From contig JBDRPD010000025.1 in the NCBI GenBank assembly GCA_043827405.1, positions 1 through 64,000 on the forward strand: a stretch of DNA of 64,000 bases, written 5' to 3'. Source of the stretch: Elusimicrobiota bacterium. Lineage in GTDB: Bacteria > Elusimicrobiota > Elusimicrobia > UBA1565. Made by a program: the position numbers and the translations under genes. The first letter of the stretch is position 1. Each line of letters opens with the position of its first letter. Shown piece by piece: positions 48,810-58,239 of the stretch. The notes beneath the pieces are model-generated. The model was not told the origin of the DNA, made no database searches, and worked only from the letters and a program-made list of their open reading frames with translations.

Positions 48810-51534
48810 GCCCCTCCTTAGTCCTGGTCCCTGCTTTGGGATTCTCGATCTTCGCGAGATAGGTTACCGACGGTCTGGCGCCGAGCTCCTCCAGCACCTT
48901 GTAGCCGCGCTTATCGTGCGCCAGCTTGGCGACGGCGCTGTTCTTGTCGTTGGCGTCGCCGAAGACGATGGCCTTGGCCGGACAGGCGGCGGCGCAGGCG
49001 GGCTGAACCTCGCCGTCGCGGATATCACGACCCCTGGCCCGCTGCTTCACATCCTGGATGCGCTGCACGCAGAAGGTGCACTTCTCCATAACGCCGCGCG
49101 GGCGCAGCGTTACTTCGGGATTGTAGACCATGGACTCCGGCTCTTTCTTGGCCGAGGTAAAATCGAAAAAGTTGAAGCGCCGGACCTTATAGGGACAGTT
49201 GTTGGCGCAGTAGCGCGTCCCCACGCAGCGGTTATAGACCATCTGGTTGAGGCCGTCGGGGCTGTGGTTGGTGGCGTTGACCGGACAGACGGTCTCGCAG
49301 GGGGCGTCGTCGCAGTGCTGGCACAGCATGGGCTGGTGCGCGACTTTGGGAGCGTTGTCGCTGCCCTCATAATAGCGGTCGATGCGCATCCAGTGCATCT
49401 CGCGGCCCTTGCGCACCTCTTCGGGGCCGACGTTCGGGATATTGTTTTCGGCCTGACAGGCGACGACGCAGGCGCCGCAGCCGACGCAGGCGGAAAGGTC
49501 GATCGCCATGGCCCATTTGCTACCGGCATATTCGGCGGGCTCGTTGAGAGTGTGCAGTTCGTGTTTCGCATGGTGCCCGCCGCCGTGCCGGTGCTCGTCC
49601 AAAGTCATGCGGCGGACGATATCCCGGCCATGGGCGCCGTGCTCGCGCTGGGTTAAAGCGAGCTCTTGGCGCGCGCCCGTGCGCGTGATCTTGACGCCGC
49701 CGCCTTGGCCGAGCAGCGGAAACAGGTTGGCGCCCACCGCGGCGCCTATCGTGCCCGTGCGCCGCCCATAGCCGAGCTCCGCGGCGACCAGGCCCGGCAC
49801 CTGCCCCTTCTGCACCAGCGCCGGCAGCGTGGCTTGCGCTCCGCCGCTGTCGAGCTGTACGAGGTCGCCGTCTTTGACGCCGAGGCGTTTTGCGTCCGTC
49901 GGCGACAAGGCGGCGACGTTGCCCCAGGTCTTTTTACTGACCGGATCGGGAAGCTCCTGCAGCCAGCCGGAGTTGGCGTAGCGGCCGTCGTAAACGGCGG
50001 TTCCGGGCTTGAGCAGGAGCTCGAAGCCGCCGCTGGAGCGGGGGACGGACGGGACCGGCCTGGACGCCGGGCGGCGGCGGCCGTGACGCTGCGCGACAAA
50101 GCCTTCATGCAGGCTTGCCTGCCAGAAGCGGTCAAACGGGACCGGGCTGCTCTTGGAATAAACAACGCGCTTCCACCGCTTCTCCAGATAGGTGCGAAAG
50201 TCCTCCTTGGCGCCGAGCAGGTCGAGCAGAACGTCTTCGCCCTGGCGTGTGTCGTAAAGAGGCTCTACCACCGGCTGCTGCAGGCTGAGAGCTCCGTCGG
50301 TTTCATAATCGCCCCATGCTTCCAGCCAATGGCTCTCAGGCAGTACGACCTCGCATTCGTGCGCGGTCTCATCTTCATGCAGTCCGAGCGCGGCCTTGAA
50401 AGCCGTCGCTTTCATCGCTTTCCGCATGAGCGCCGAATCCGGAAAGGCGTAGAGCGGGTTGGTGCGCCAGAAAATCGCGGCGCCGTACTCTCCGCCCGCC
50501 ATGCCGTGTATCTCCCGTTCCGCTTCGGCCAGCGTTGCGAACCCCATCCCTTTCGGAAAGGCCGGGTACTCTACCGTATAGCCGACGGCGCCGAGCAAGT
50601 CGTTGAGCCGGCGGCATGCGGCATGCGCTTCAGCCGGCAGTTCGGGCCCAGCGATTACGATCGCGCGCTTGCCCGCCCGCCCGAGGTCCTGCGCGATCTG
50701 CGTCAGCCCGTGCGGCTGCGCCTTTCCCTTGCCGCGCATGAGTCCGGCCAGCTGTTCGATAGCCGCCGCCGCCTGCGACGGCCGCAGAGGGATGCGGTGA
50801 TCGGCATTGGAGCCGGTCACGCTGAGACCGCCTTCTAGAACGTAAAGGCGGTTCATCCCGCCTTTGGCCTCGGGACGACGCCGTGCGGAGAAGTCGGTGA
50901 TCGCGTCGGGCCAGCGGGCATTGAGGAAATCCGCGTCGAATGAGACGATGATGTCGGCGCGGTCGAGCCGCAGGCGCGGCAGCATCGACTGCGCTCCGCC
51001 GGGTGAGGCCGGCTCCCAGGCTACATGCCGCAGCCCGCGGTACTTGCGCCGCAGCCGCTCGATCAGCTCCGCGCGCGCCGGCGACAGCACCGCGTCGGTC
51101 AGCAACAGGATCTTCCTGCCGGATTTAGCGGCGTTTTCGAGAGCTTCTTTCACGTGTTTGAGCGACTGGTCCCAAGCCGCTTCCTTGTGATCAACCATCG
51201 GACCCCGCAGCCGGTCGGGATCATAGAGGCGGAGCACGTCGGCCACCGCGCGCAGCGCCGTACGGCCGCGCATGCGCGGATGCTTGTCGTTGCCCTGGAC
51301 ATGGATCGGCCGGCCCTCGCGCGCCTTTACCAGGACGCTGTAGGCGAGTTCGCCTTCCTGGAAAGTGCTGGCGAACCACTCCGCGACGCCGGGCACGGAG
51401 CTCCCGGCGGACGGCTTGGGGCGGGCGACGATGCGGCCCCGGTCGGTGCGCGAGCAGCCGCTGGCGAAGGCGGCGTAGGCGCCCATGAGGCCGAGAAAGC
51501 GCGTGCGCGAAATCTTTTGGTCCTTATCTTCCAT
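48799..51534 (-). CDS. actB: ACIII ActB (molybdopterin-oxidoreductase-like + Fe-S domain)
   Basis: EGRPIHVQGN, LYDPDR, WLQELPDP, CVGCGACVVACQAENN, CQHCDDAPCETVCP, CVGTRYCANNCPY and EKCTFC. Confidence 0.95.
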   Translation of the reverse strand: MEDKDQKISRTRFLGLMGAYAAFASGCSRTDRGRIVARPKPSAGSSVPGVAEWFASTFQEGELAYSVLVKAREGRPIHVQGNDKHPRMRGRTALRAVADVLRLYDPDRLRGPMVDHKEAAWDQSLKHVKEALENAAKSGRKILLLTDAVLSPARAELIERLRRKYRGLRHVAWEPASPGGAQSMLPRLRLDRADIIVSFDADFLNARWPDAITDFSARRRPEAKGGMNRLYVLEGGLSVTGSNADHRIPLRPSQAAAAIEQLAGLMRGKGKAQPHGLTQIAQDLGRAGKRAIVIAGPELPAEAHAACRRLNDLLGAVGYTVEYPAFPKGMGFATLAEAEREIHGMAGGEYGAAIFWRTNPLYAFPDSALMRKAMKATAFKAALGLHEDETAHECEVVLPESHWLEAWGDYETDGALSLQQPVVEPLYDTRQGEDVLLDLLGAKEDFRTYLEKRWKRVVYSKSSPVPFDRFWQASLHEGFVAQRHGRRRPASRPVPSVPRSSGGFELLLKPGTAVYDGRYANSGWLQELPDPVSKKTWGNVAALSPTDAKRLGVKDGDLVQLDSGGAQATLPALVQKGQVPGLVAAELGYGRRTGTIGAAVGANLFPLLGQGGGVKITRTGARQELALTQREHGAHGRDIVRRMTLDEHRHGGGHHAKHELHTLNEPAEYAGSKWAMAIDLSACVGCGACVVACQAENNIPNVGPEEVRKGREMHWMRIDRYYEGSDNAPKVAHQPMLCQHCDDAPCETVCPVNATNHSPDGLNQMVYNRCVGTRYCANNCPYKVRRFNFFDFTSAKKEPESMVYNPEVTLRPRGVMEKCTFCVQRIQDVKQRARGRDIRDGEVQPACAAACPAKAIVFGDANDKNSAVAKLAHDKRGYKVLEELGARPSVTYLAKIENPKAGTRTKEGHGH

Positions 51535-51694
51535 GCCGGCTCACAGAGTGCCGCGGGCGGCGAATCTTAGGCGCGCGGCGGCGGGGTGAAATCAAGCGCG
51601 AAACCGCCTTGGCCGGAGTGAGCCAAAAGGCACCCGAAAACAGCGCGAGAATGCCGAGGGCTCCGCGGCGGGTTACTTTACCGGTGGCAGGCAT
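51524..51694 (-). CDS. Small twin-arginine peptide ORF (56 aa) between actA and actB
   Basis: MPATGKVTRRGALGILALFSGAFWLTPAKAVSRLISPRRRAPKIRRPRHSVSRHGR overlaps both the actA stop and the actB start. Confidence 0.55.
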   Translation of the reverse strand: MPATGKVTRRGALGILALFSGAFWLTPAKAVSRLISPRRRAPKIRRPRHSVSRHGR

Positions 51695-52310
51695 AGCAGT
51701 GCTCCGCTCCTTGGCTGATTGGGCTGTCCGGCGGCAGGGCGTTGTGCGGGTCGCGGTGGCAGGCCAGGCAGCTCGCCATGCGCAGCGACATGCGCTGGGC
51801 GACGACGTCCATGGTCTCCACCGCGCCGTGGCAGGTCTGACAGGCGATGCCGCCGTTGACGTGCGGACGGTGATCGAAGAAAACGTGGTCCGGAAGGGAG
51901 TGCACCCGCTTCCAGAAGATCGGGGTATTGTCCGCAAAGCGCCTGGTCAGCGTCTTGATGTCGGGCGAGTCGGTCTTGGTGACGCGGTGGCACTTCATGC
52001 AGGTCTCGGTCGGAGGGATGCCCGCATGGCGCGAATTGCGTGCCTGGGAGTGGCAGTACAGGCAGGATATCTCCATGTCTCCGGCGTGCACCTTATGGGA
52101 AAACGGAATCGGCTGCTCGGGGGCGAAGCCCACGGTGAAGCGGTCGGGCTGAGTTAACCAGCCCACGGCCGCCGCGACCAGCCCCGTGGTCAGCACCGCG
52201 GCGATGATCAGCGCCTGGACAGCGCGGTTGCGCAGCGCTTCCCAGGCGGACTCGGCGATGCTTTCGGCTTTTTTGATGTAAGCGTCTAAATCGATGAAAT
52301 CCACTGCCAA
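51678..52310 (-). CDS. actA: ACIII ActA pentaheme cytochrome c
   Basis: PEQPIPFSHKVHAG and five CxxCH motifs (CLYCH, CMKCH, CQTCH, CLACH, CYACH). Confidence 0.93.
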   Translation of the reverse strand: MAVDFIDLDAYIKKAESIAESAWEALRNRAVQALIIAAVLTTGLVAAAVGWLTQPDRFTVGFAPEQPIPFSHKVHAGDMEISCLYCHSQARNSRHAGIPPTETCMKCHRVTKTDSPDIKTLTRRFADNTPIFWKRVHSLPDHVFFDHRPHVNGGIACQTCHGAVETMDVVAQRMSLRMASCLACHRDPHNALPPDSPISQGAEHCYACHR

Positions 52311-52443
52311 GCGCTAATATACGTGATTTAGCCGGTCGAATATAGTGTTTATTGCCCGTCCTTTGCTACCGGATGAAAAAACCCCGGCAGGATTGGCCGG
52401 GGTCCGTTTGGGCAAAAAAAACCGCGCCGAAACGCGATTGAAT

Positions 52444-52473
52444 ATAATAGCAAAGTGAACCTGGTCTTGTCAA
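52444..52473 (-). promoter_or_regulatory. sigma70-type promoter upstream of the act-cox operon
   Basis: TTGACA-18nt-(TGc)TATTAT on the minus strand. Confidence 0.7.
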
Positions 52474-52486
52474 GCGAAAAATGCCC

Positions 52487-52505
52487 AAAAGCCGCACTTG
52501 CGGCT
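52487..52505 (-). terminator. Putative intrinsic terminator of the YHS/Fe-S cluster
   Basis: AGCCGCAAGTGCGGCT hairpin followed by a short T run on the minus strand. Confidence 0.45.
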
Positions 52506-52625
52506 GACAGGCGGCTTATCTCCGGGGGAGTGCTTTTATCCTGTTTTTATAGGGTTTTTCCCTTTATCGATCGAATCAGGACTGCCGTATAATCCCATCG
52601 AGCAAGGAGGACGGGAGCGGCCGGA

Positions 52626-54455
52626 CTACATCGCCGAGAGCCGCATTTCCATCGGCTGGTTGAGCAGCCACAGGCTGAGGACGCTGAACGCCACCATGGC
52701 CGTCAGCATCGGCAGCTGGGTGAGAAACGCCGTGCGCGGATCAGCAATCAGGCGCCGGGTGGTCCGCTCCGAGATCCACAGGCCGTAGATGTGGCCGATG
52801 ATAATGAAGAAGAGCTGAATCCACCACAGCCCTTCCAGGGTGATCATAGGAGGCGTCGACCAGGCCGTCGTACCGAACAGGTTCCAGCCCCAGCCGAAAG
52901 GATCTGAGATGAGCCGGAGCACTTTGGGCCCCTCCATCAGAAAATGCTCGGCATTGTGCGCTAGGTGGTAGAACAGCGCGATCGGCAGCATCGCATAGGC
53001 ATAGCTGAGGAAGATCCTCTTGAAGCCGACCTCTCCGCTCAACCAGGCCGAGGCCCAGACCAAAACAGTGTAGACGGCGATGGGGCCGAGCAGTATGCCC
53101 GCCATGAGCAGCGAGAAAGACAGCAGATAGGGCAGCCCCCAGGATCGCAGCATGGATTCATTGATCGCGCCCCAGACCGGCGTCATCGTAAGCCCATGGA
53201 AGCTTGTCATCGACAGCAGCACCAGCGCCATGATGGCTTCGTCCGTCCGCGGCCGTCCCTGCTGGGCGAGGTCGGCCGCCCATGGCCGCAGGCGGATCGC
53301 CATGTTGTCGTGCGGGCAGGTCTTGAAGCACTCGGTACACAGGGTGCAGTAGGTGTTGAGGCTCATCGCGCGGGGATACTCGAAGGTCGGACAGCCGTCG
53401 CCCCGGCTGCTGCCGCGGTAGCAGTCCATGGTGCGGCAGCCGGCGCAGATGGAATCATTATCCGAACGAACCTCGATGGGGGCGAATAGCGCGTACAGGC
53501 CCGAGACCCTCCCGACCAGGCAGCCGTAGCGGCAAAAGGCCTTGCGTTCGAAGATGAACATAGACACCACCGCGAGCCCGAGCATACCCAGCGCGATCCA
53601 GGCCGTCGCGCGGGGGATCAAGGTCACGCCCATGCCGAGCTCGATCCAGGTGAGCAGCAGAAACAGGCCGACGGCGGGCCATATATTGCGCAGCGCCGGC
53701 GGCCAGCGCAGGCCGAGGCCGAGGCTGTCCCCGCGCGGCCCCCAGAACTTCAGGCGCTCCAGCCAGACGGCTATAGCGTCCCAGGGACAGATGGTGCACC
53801 AGGCTTTGCCGAAATACATGATGGCGAAGATGAGACCGGCCCACCAAATGGTCCAGGTCAGCAGCGGCGTCAGGTTCATTAGCGGATTTTGGCTGCCGAA
53901 GAGCCCGGCCGCGATGATCAGGATGAAGGCGGCGGAGGTCACGGCGCGCAGGCAGAAGATCAAAGGCGGCCATTTGAGCAGGCGGCGGATACCGGCAGAG
54001 GCGGTGAGGTCGACGCGGGCGTCGATCACTCCCGCGGAGCTCCGGCCGGTGAACAGGGAGATTATCTGCAGCAAGCCGAATGAAACCAGGAGAATGGCGG
54101 CGATCCCCGTCTGATACATCCAGGTCGGAATTCCCCGCATCAGGTGCGATTCCTTCTTGGCGGGATTGGCGGCGTAGGCCGCGGGGTTCTCGACGAACAG
54201 CTCACGGCAGTAAGTGCTGCAGAAGAAGAAATGCTGCGCGGTGAAAAGTACCCGGTCAGCCGTCTTCCGGCGCACCTCCATGCCGCACACGGGATCGACC
54301 GCGACTCCACCGCCGGCCGGGACCTGGGTGCTCGTCGCCCGCATGGCGTCGATGTTGATGCGGTAGGTCTTGCCGGTCTTGAGCTGGTCCATGACGATAA
54401 TGGAAAAGACCACGGCGAGAACCGCCCACGGCAGCAGCAAGGCCGCCCGCCGCAT
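52626..54455 (-). CDS. YHS-domain + NapH/NosR-like 4Fe-4S membrane protein
   Basis: DPVCGMEV...FFFCSTYC (YHS), WCTICPW, FCRYGCLVG, CAGCRTMDC and CTLCTECFKTCP, with many TMs. Start ATG 54455 (TAATG overlap). Confidence 0.85.
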   Translation of the reverse strand: MRRAALLLPWAVLAVVFSIIVMDQLKTGKTYRINIDAMRATSTQVPAGGGVAVDPVCGMEVRRKTADRVLFTAQHFFFCSTYCRELFVENPAAYAANPAKKESHLMRGIPTWMYQTGIAAILLVSFGLLQIISLFTGRSSAGVIDARVDLTASAGIRRLLKWPPLIFCLRAVTSAAFILIIAAGLFGSQNPLMNLTPLLTWTIWWAGLIFAIMYFGKAWCTICPWDAIAVWLERLKFWGPRGDSLGLGLRWPPALRNIWPAVGLFLLLTWIELGMGVTLIPRATAWIALGMLGLAVVSMFIFERKAFCRYGCLVGRVSGLYALFAPIEVRSDNDSICAGCRTMDCYRGSSRGDGCPTFEYPRAMSLNTYCTLCTECFKTCPHDNMAIRLRPWAADLAQQGRPRTDEAIMALVLLSMTSFHGLTMTPVWGAINESMLRSWGLPYLLSFSLLMAGILLGPIAVYTVLVWASAWLSGEVGFKRIFLSYAYAMLPIALFYHLAHNAEHFLMEGPKVLRLISDPFGWGWNLFGTTAWSTPPMITLEGLWWIQLFFIIIGHIYGLWISERTTRRLIADPRTAFLTQLPMLTAMVAFSVLSLWLLNQPMEMRLSAM

Positions 54456-55036
54456 TACGCCGCCGCCCGCCGCTTGCGCATGATGCGAATGCCGATGATA
54501 AACAGCAGCAGGGCGGCCAGATAGATGGCGAGGGTCAGCCATGGAGAGCCGGTCTCTCCGACCGCGAGCGGAATGTGCAGGCCGTCGATCTTGGTGCGCG
54601 CGTCAAGGTAGAGAATCAGTTCGTAAGTGCCGGCAGCGGGGTAGGTCGGATGGAAAATATAGGCGCCGTCCGGCGCCCTTTCGGGAGTGATTCCGGGCAG
54701 CGCCTCCTTGGCGCCGAAGAGCTTCACGCGCAGGACATCGATCACCATGGGCGCGGGATTGGGCCGGCGGCTTGTTTTGTTGAGCGCCATTACCCGGATG
54801 CTTGAGCGGACGTTGGGCTGGGGTCGGCCCGGCGAACCGGTGACATCAATAATGTAGTCGTCAAAGAACTGCGTCAGCTTGAAGACTGTTTTTTGCGGGT
54901 CGTTCCGATCCGGAGCGTAATACGGCATGCCCATGACGATGTGCGCCGCCGCCGCTGACGCTCCCGCCGCCAGCAATACGAGCGGGAGCGCGGTGCGGGC
55001 TACTCGCCGGGTTCGGCGATGAGAAACATGCCGCAT
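54455..55036 (-). CDS. Exported, C-terminally anchored hypothetical protein
   Basis: Signal peptide ending AAAA-HIVMGMP, an Ig-like YPAAGTYEL and a C-terminal TM. Start is uncertain. Confidence 0.65.
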   Translation of the reverse strand: MRHVSHRRTRRVARTALPLVLLAAGASAAAAHIVMGMPYYAPDRNDPQKTVFKLTQFFDDYIIDVTGSPGRPQPNVRSSIRVMALNKTSRRPNPAPMVIDVLRVKLFGAKEALPGITPERAPDGAYIFHPTYPAAGTYELILYLDARTKIDGLHIPLAVGETGSPWLTLAIYLAALLLFIIGIRIMRKRRAAA

Positions 55037-55332
55037 TTTGGGCACTTGCCGGGCTGTGTTTTGCCGTTCACGCCGCACTTGGGCATGGGGCAGTGATAGG
55101 TCGCTTTGCTGCCGTCCGCTTTCTTGGCGGCCAGGAACATCCCGCACTTTGGGCATTTGCCCGGGCGCTCCTTGCCGCTGACGCCGCACTCGGGCATGGG
55201 GCAGAAGTAGGTGGCGGACGCCTGGGCGCTCTTATGGTCATGAGTCGACGGTGCCTGCGGCTCTCCGGAGCAGGCGCTAAGCAACAGAGCTCCGGCGAAC
55301 GCAAATCCGGTCAGCATCCGGGTTATCTTCAT
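55000..55332 (-). CDS. Heavy-metal-binding-domain lipoprotein (two repeats)
   Basis: Lipobox LSAC and two Y.CPMP.C......PGKCPKCGMFL repeats. Confidence 0.85.
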   Translation of the reverse strand: MKITRMLTGFAFAGALLLSACSGEPQAPSTHDHKSAQASATYFCPMPECGVSGKERPGKCPKCGMFLAAKKADGSKATYHCPMPKCGVNGKTQPGKCPKCGMFLIAEPGE

Positions 55333-55419
55333 GCTGCCGATGTTTTAGCATTACTAAGCGGGATCAGGCGAGGCGGGAAATGGCTGCGGGAACGGAACCA
55401 AGACACATAACAGGTATTA

Positions 55420-56946
55420 TCAGTAGAGAGGCAGGTCGGGGGATGGGGACGCGAAAACCGGAGTTTGCTCCCTGTTTTGCCGCCGCGCAGCCCGCCGGAC
55501 TTCCTTGAGCGTATAGTCGTGCAATTCCCTCAGCGTTACCTGCTTATCGCCGTTCAGGTCGGCCTCGCCCTTAAGACCTTTAAGCAGATAGTAGGTAAAC
55601 ATGCCGTGGCCCTGCTCCTCAAGACTGCCCGCGACCTCGCTTCCGGCGGCGGCCGACAGCACCGACAACCGGCCGCTCTGCGGCGCGCTCGTTTGCACTT
55701 CCATAACCAAAGGCCGCATGCCTTTGGCGATTACGGAACGTCCGCCGGCGCCGGAGAAGCAGGCGTCCAGCAGCACGATATTTTCCTTGGACTTCAGCTT
55801 GCTCATGGACGCGTAGAGCTTGGCGAGAGGATAGCCGCTTGATTTCAGGAAGCTTGGATCGCCGTCCCACGGCAGGATGTACGCCGTTCCCCGCTCGGGG
55901 TCCGGCGCCCCGTGGCCGGAGTAGTAAAAATACACGCGGGACTCGGACGTGATGTTGCGGGGGAGCCATTCCTCCAAATACTTGGTGATCCCGGTGCGGG
56001 TAGCGCGCCTCCCGGTGAGTAAAATGACGTTCTCCTCCGGAACGCCCAGGCGAATGATGTGCTTTTTGATCGCCTCCGCGTCGCGCTGGCCGTGATCGGC
56101 GTCGGGAACGTTTTGGTATTTTTCAATGCCGACGATAAGCGCGAAGTCGTTCTCGCGCTCGCGCGCGGCGCCCGGCATAGGCTCATCGACATCGGAAGCA
56201 TAGCGCGTCGCGGACGGGACCTCCGCCGCCGTTTCCGTCCGGGAACTTTCCCCAAGGCGCACGGTGCCGGTCCGCTGACTCCGCTGGGCATGGCGCACGA
56301 GGGTTTCCATTTCCTCCCGCAGAACCGCGAGAGCTCCCTGCAGATCGGGGTTCTGCAAAGCCGCCTTGCCGCCCAATTGGAGGGCGTCTTCGGCGGTGAC
56401 GGGGTCTTGGTCGTAGTGCTTGGCGAGGCGGTTTCTTGCCGTTTGCGCGTTCCCGTAATAATCCGCTTCAAGCAGCATCCATAAAGTCTGCGCCGAGAGT
56501 TTGCCGCGGGACTGCAAATCCTCCTTCGCCGCGTTCTCCGCCGGGATGCTTTTCATCTCTATCGCGCGATTGCGCACGAAAGCGACCTTATGTTTAAGCG
56601 CCTCTCTTGGGAGGATCGCGGCGTAGGCGTCGGCCAGCGCCCACTCTTCATAGCGCTTCTCGTCGGCGGGGCTGCTCCCCATGCCCCGCATGACATGGCG
56701 GACCTCGGTCGTTTTTGTTTGCTCGTCGTACTTGAAATAGAATTTAAAGGATACCCCGATCATGCCGGCTTTAAAGTAGTCCTTCTTGCGCGTGATCCGG
56801 TAAGAGACGTTGTCGTTATAAAAAACCTTGGCGAGCTGCTCGTAGACTCTTTCCTGGGGAGCTTCAAACACCAAGGTCGTGCCTTTTGCCTCGGCGCGGC
56901 CGATACAGCAGGACGCCAAAACCGCGGAAATCAGGAGTTTCTTCAT
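55420..56946 (-). CDS. Secreted caspase-family (peptidase C14) protein
   Basis: Signal peptide, ALIVGIEKY, YYSGHG, LDACFSG and HGMFTYYLL. Confidence 0.9.
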   Translation of the reverse strand: MKKLLISAVLASCCIGRAEAKGTTLVFEAPQERVYEQLAKVFYNDNVSYRITRKKDYFKAGMIGVSFKFYFKYDEQTKTTEVRHVMRGMGSSPADEKRYEEWALADAYAAILPREALKHKVAFVRNRAIEMKSIPAENAAKEDLQSRGKLSAQTLWMLLEADYYGNAQTARNRLAKHYDQDPVTAEDALQLGGKAALQNPDLQGALAVLREEMETLVRHAQRSQRTGTVRLGESSRTETAAEVPSATRYASDVDEPMPGAARERENDFALIVGIEKYQNVPDADHGQRDAEAIKKHIIRLGVPEENVILLTGRRATRTGITKYLEEWLPRNITSESRVYFYYSGHGAPDPERGTAYILPWDGDPSFLKSSGYPLAKLYASMSKLKSKENIVLLDACFSGAGGRSVIAKGMRPLVMEVQTSAPQSGRLSVLSAAAGSEVAGSLEEQGHGMFTYYLLKGLKGEADLNGDKQVTLRELHDYTLKEVRRAARRQNREQTPVFASPSPDLPLY

Positions 56947-57011
56947 GGGACTATTTTAGCTAATCGCCAACGCCCGCAGGATGGGCGGGGGCTCAGTTCT
57001 GTGCGGCCCCC

Positions 57012-57899
57012 CTACTTCGCCCCGATCACCGCCGATCCCGGAGCGGATTTAACATGCAGGTCCCGCTGCGGGAACGGGATCTCGATCCCGTTCTTGCGCA
57101 GGGCGCTCTCCAGCGCGTAGTACAGGTCGCTTTTCACCACGAACTGCCACGCGGCCTCGTCGATCCAAACCAACAGGTCGAAATCCAGGGAAGAGTCTCC
57201 GAAGCCCAAAAAGCGCAGCTCCGGCTCCGGCCGCGGCAAGACCCGATCCACTCCGCGCGCCGTCTCGACCGCGACTTTGCGCAGCCGGGGGATGTCGCTG
57301 CCGTAGGCCACGCCGAACGGGACGTGGAGCCGGATCTTGGGATCGCCGTGCGACCAGTTGATCACGTGCTCCTGGACCAGAAGCGAATTCGGCAGTATCA
57401 GCGTGATGTTATCGAACGTCTCCACCACGGTCGAACGAATCCCGATATTGGTAACCGTCCCGATATGTTCCTGTATGCTGACCTTATCGCCCACGCGCAC
57501 CGGCTGCTCGAGCAGCAGGATAAGTCCGGAAACGAAGTTCTCGGTGACGTTTTTCAAGCCGAAGCCCAAGCCGACGCCGAGAAAGCCGCCGATCACCGTC
57601 ACGCTGGTGAGCTGAAAACCCATCGTCTGCAGCGCCACCATGACCGCGGTGACGACGATCAGGTAGTGCGTGATCCGCATCACGGCGTAGCCCGGCCCGC
57701 GGCTGAACACCTCCCGGTCCTTAAAGCGCAGCAAAACCAGACGGCGCAGCATGCGCGAGGCCGTGAAGCCCACATAGATGATAACCGCCGCGATGATAAG
57801 AGACAGGATGCTGACCTTGGCCTCGCCGAACACGAGGAACGGCGTGATGACCGCCGTCCTCAGGAAATCAAGGCTGGAAAGGTAGTGGCGCATGTTCAT
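57012..57899 (-). CDS. mscS: Small-conductance mechanosensitive channel
   Basis: GVGLGFGLKN..NFVSG, VRVGD, LPNS and IEIPFPQRD. Confidence 0.92.
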   Translation of the reverse strand: MNMRHYLSSLDFLRTAVITPFLVFGEAKVSILSLIIAAVIIYVGFTASRMLRRLVLLRFKDREVFSRGPGYAVMRITHYLIVVTAVMVALQTMGFQLTSVTVIGGFLGVGLGFGLKNVTENFVSGLILLLEQPVRVGDKVSIQEHIGTVTNIGIRSTVVETFDNITLILPNSLLVQEHVINWSHGDPKIRLHVPFGVAYGSDIPRLRKVAVETARGVDRVLPRPEPELRFLGFGDSSLDFDLLVWIDEAAWQFVVKSDLYYALESALRKNGIEIPFPQRDLHVKSAPGSAVIGAK

Positions 57900-57990
57900 G
57901 CCCGACAGTATATATTAACGCGCAGGTGATCTCGGTTTCGCTGACCGGGTCCGAGGCGTCGCGGGGCCGCAAATGCTAGCATGGGCGAGC

Positions 57991-58068
57991 ATGGGGAAAT
58001 TCGAAACCCAGGTGCGGCTCAGCCGCGAGATGACGCTGCTCTCGGTCACCATGATCGGCGTCGGCGCC
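57991..58068 (+). pseudogene. 5' remnant of an APC-family amino acid permease
   Basis: MGKFETQVRLSREMTLLSVTMIGVGA matches the APC first-helix motif, then similarity stops. TGcTAGCAT -10 box just upstream. Confidence 0.55.
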
Positions 58069-58239
58069 TCTTTAAGGAAGAGGTTCGGGCGCCCGAAGAG
58101 GAGTAGGGCGCGGCGGGGATTTCCGATCTCGGCCATTGGCAGAACAGCGGCCAGAAAACGGTTGAGAATGATTCTAGACCCCGTTTAGATGGAATTTAGA
58201 CCGCCTTTATATACTAATCCCAGGAAGCAAGGAGGCCCT

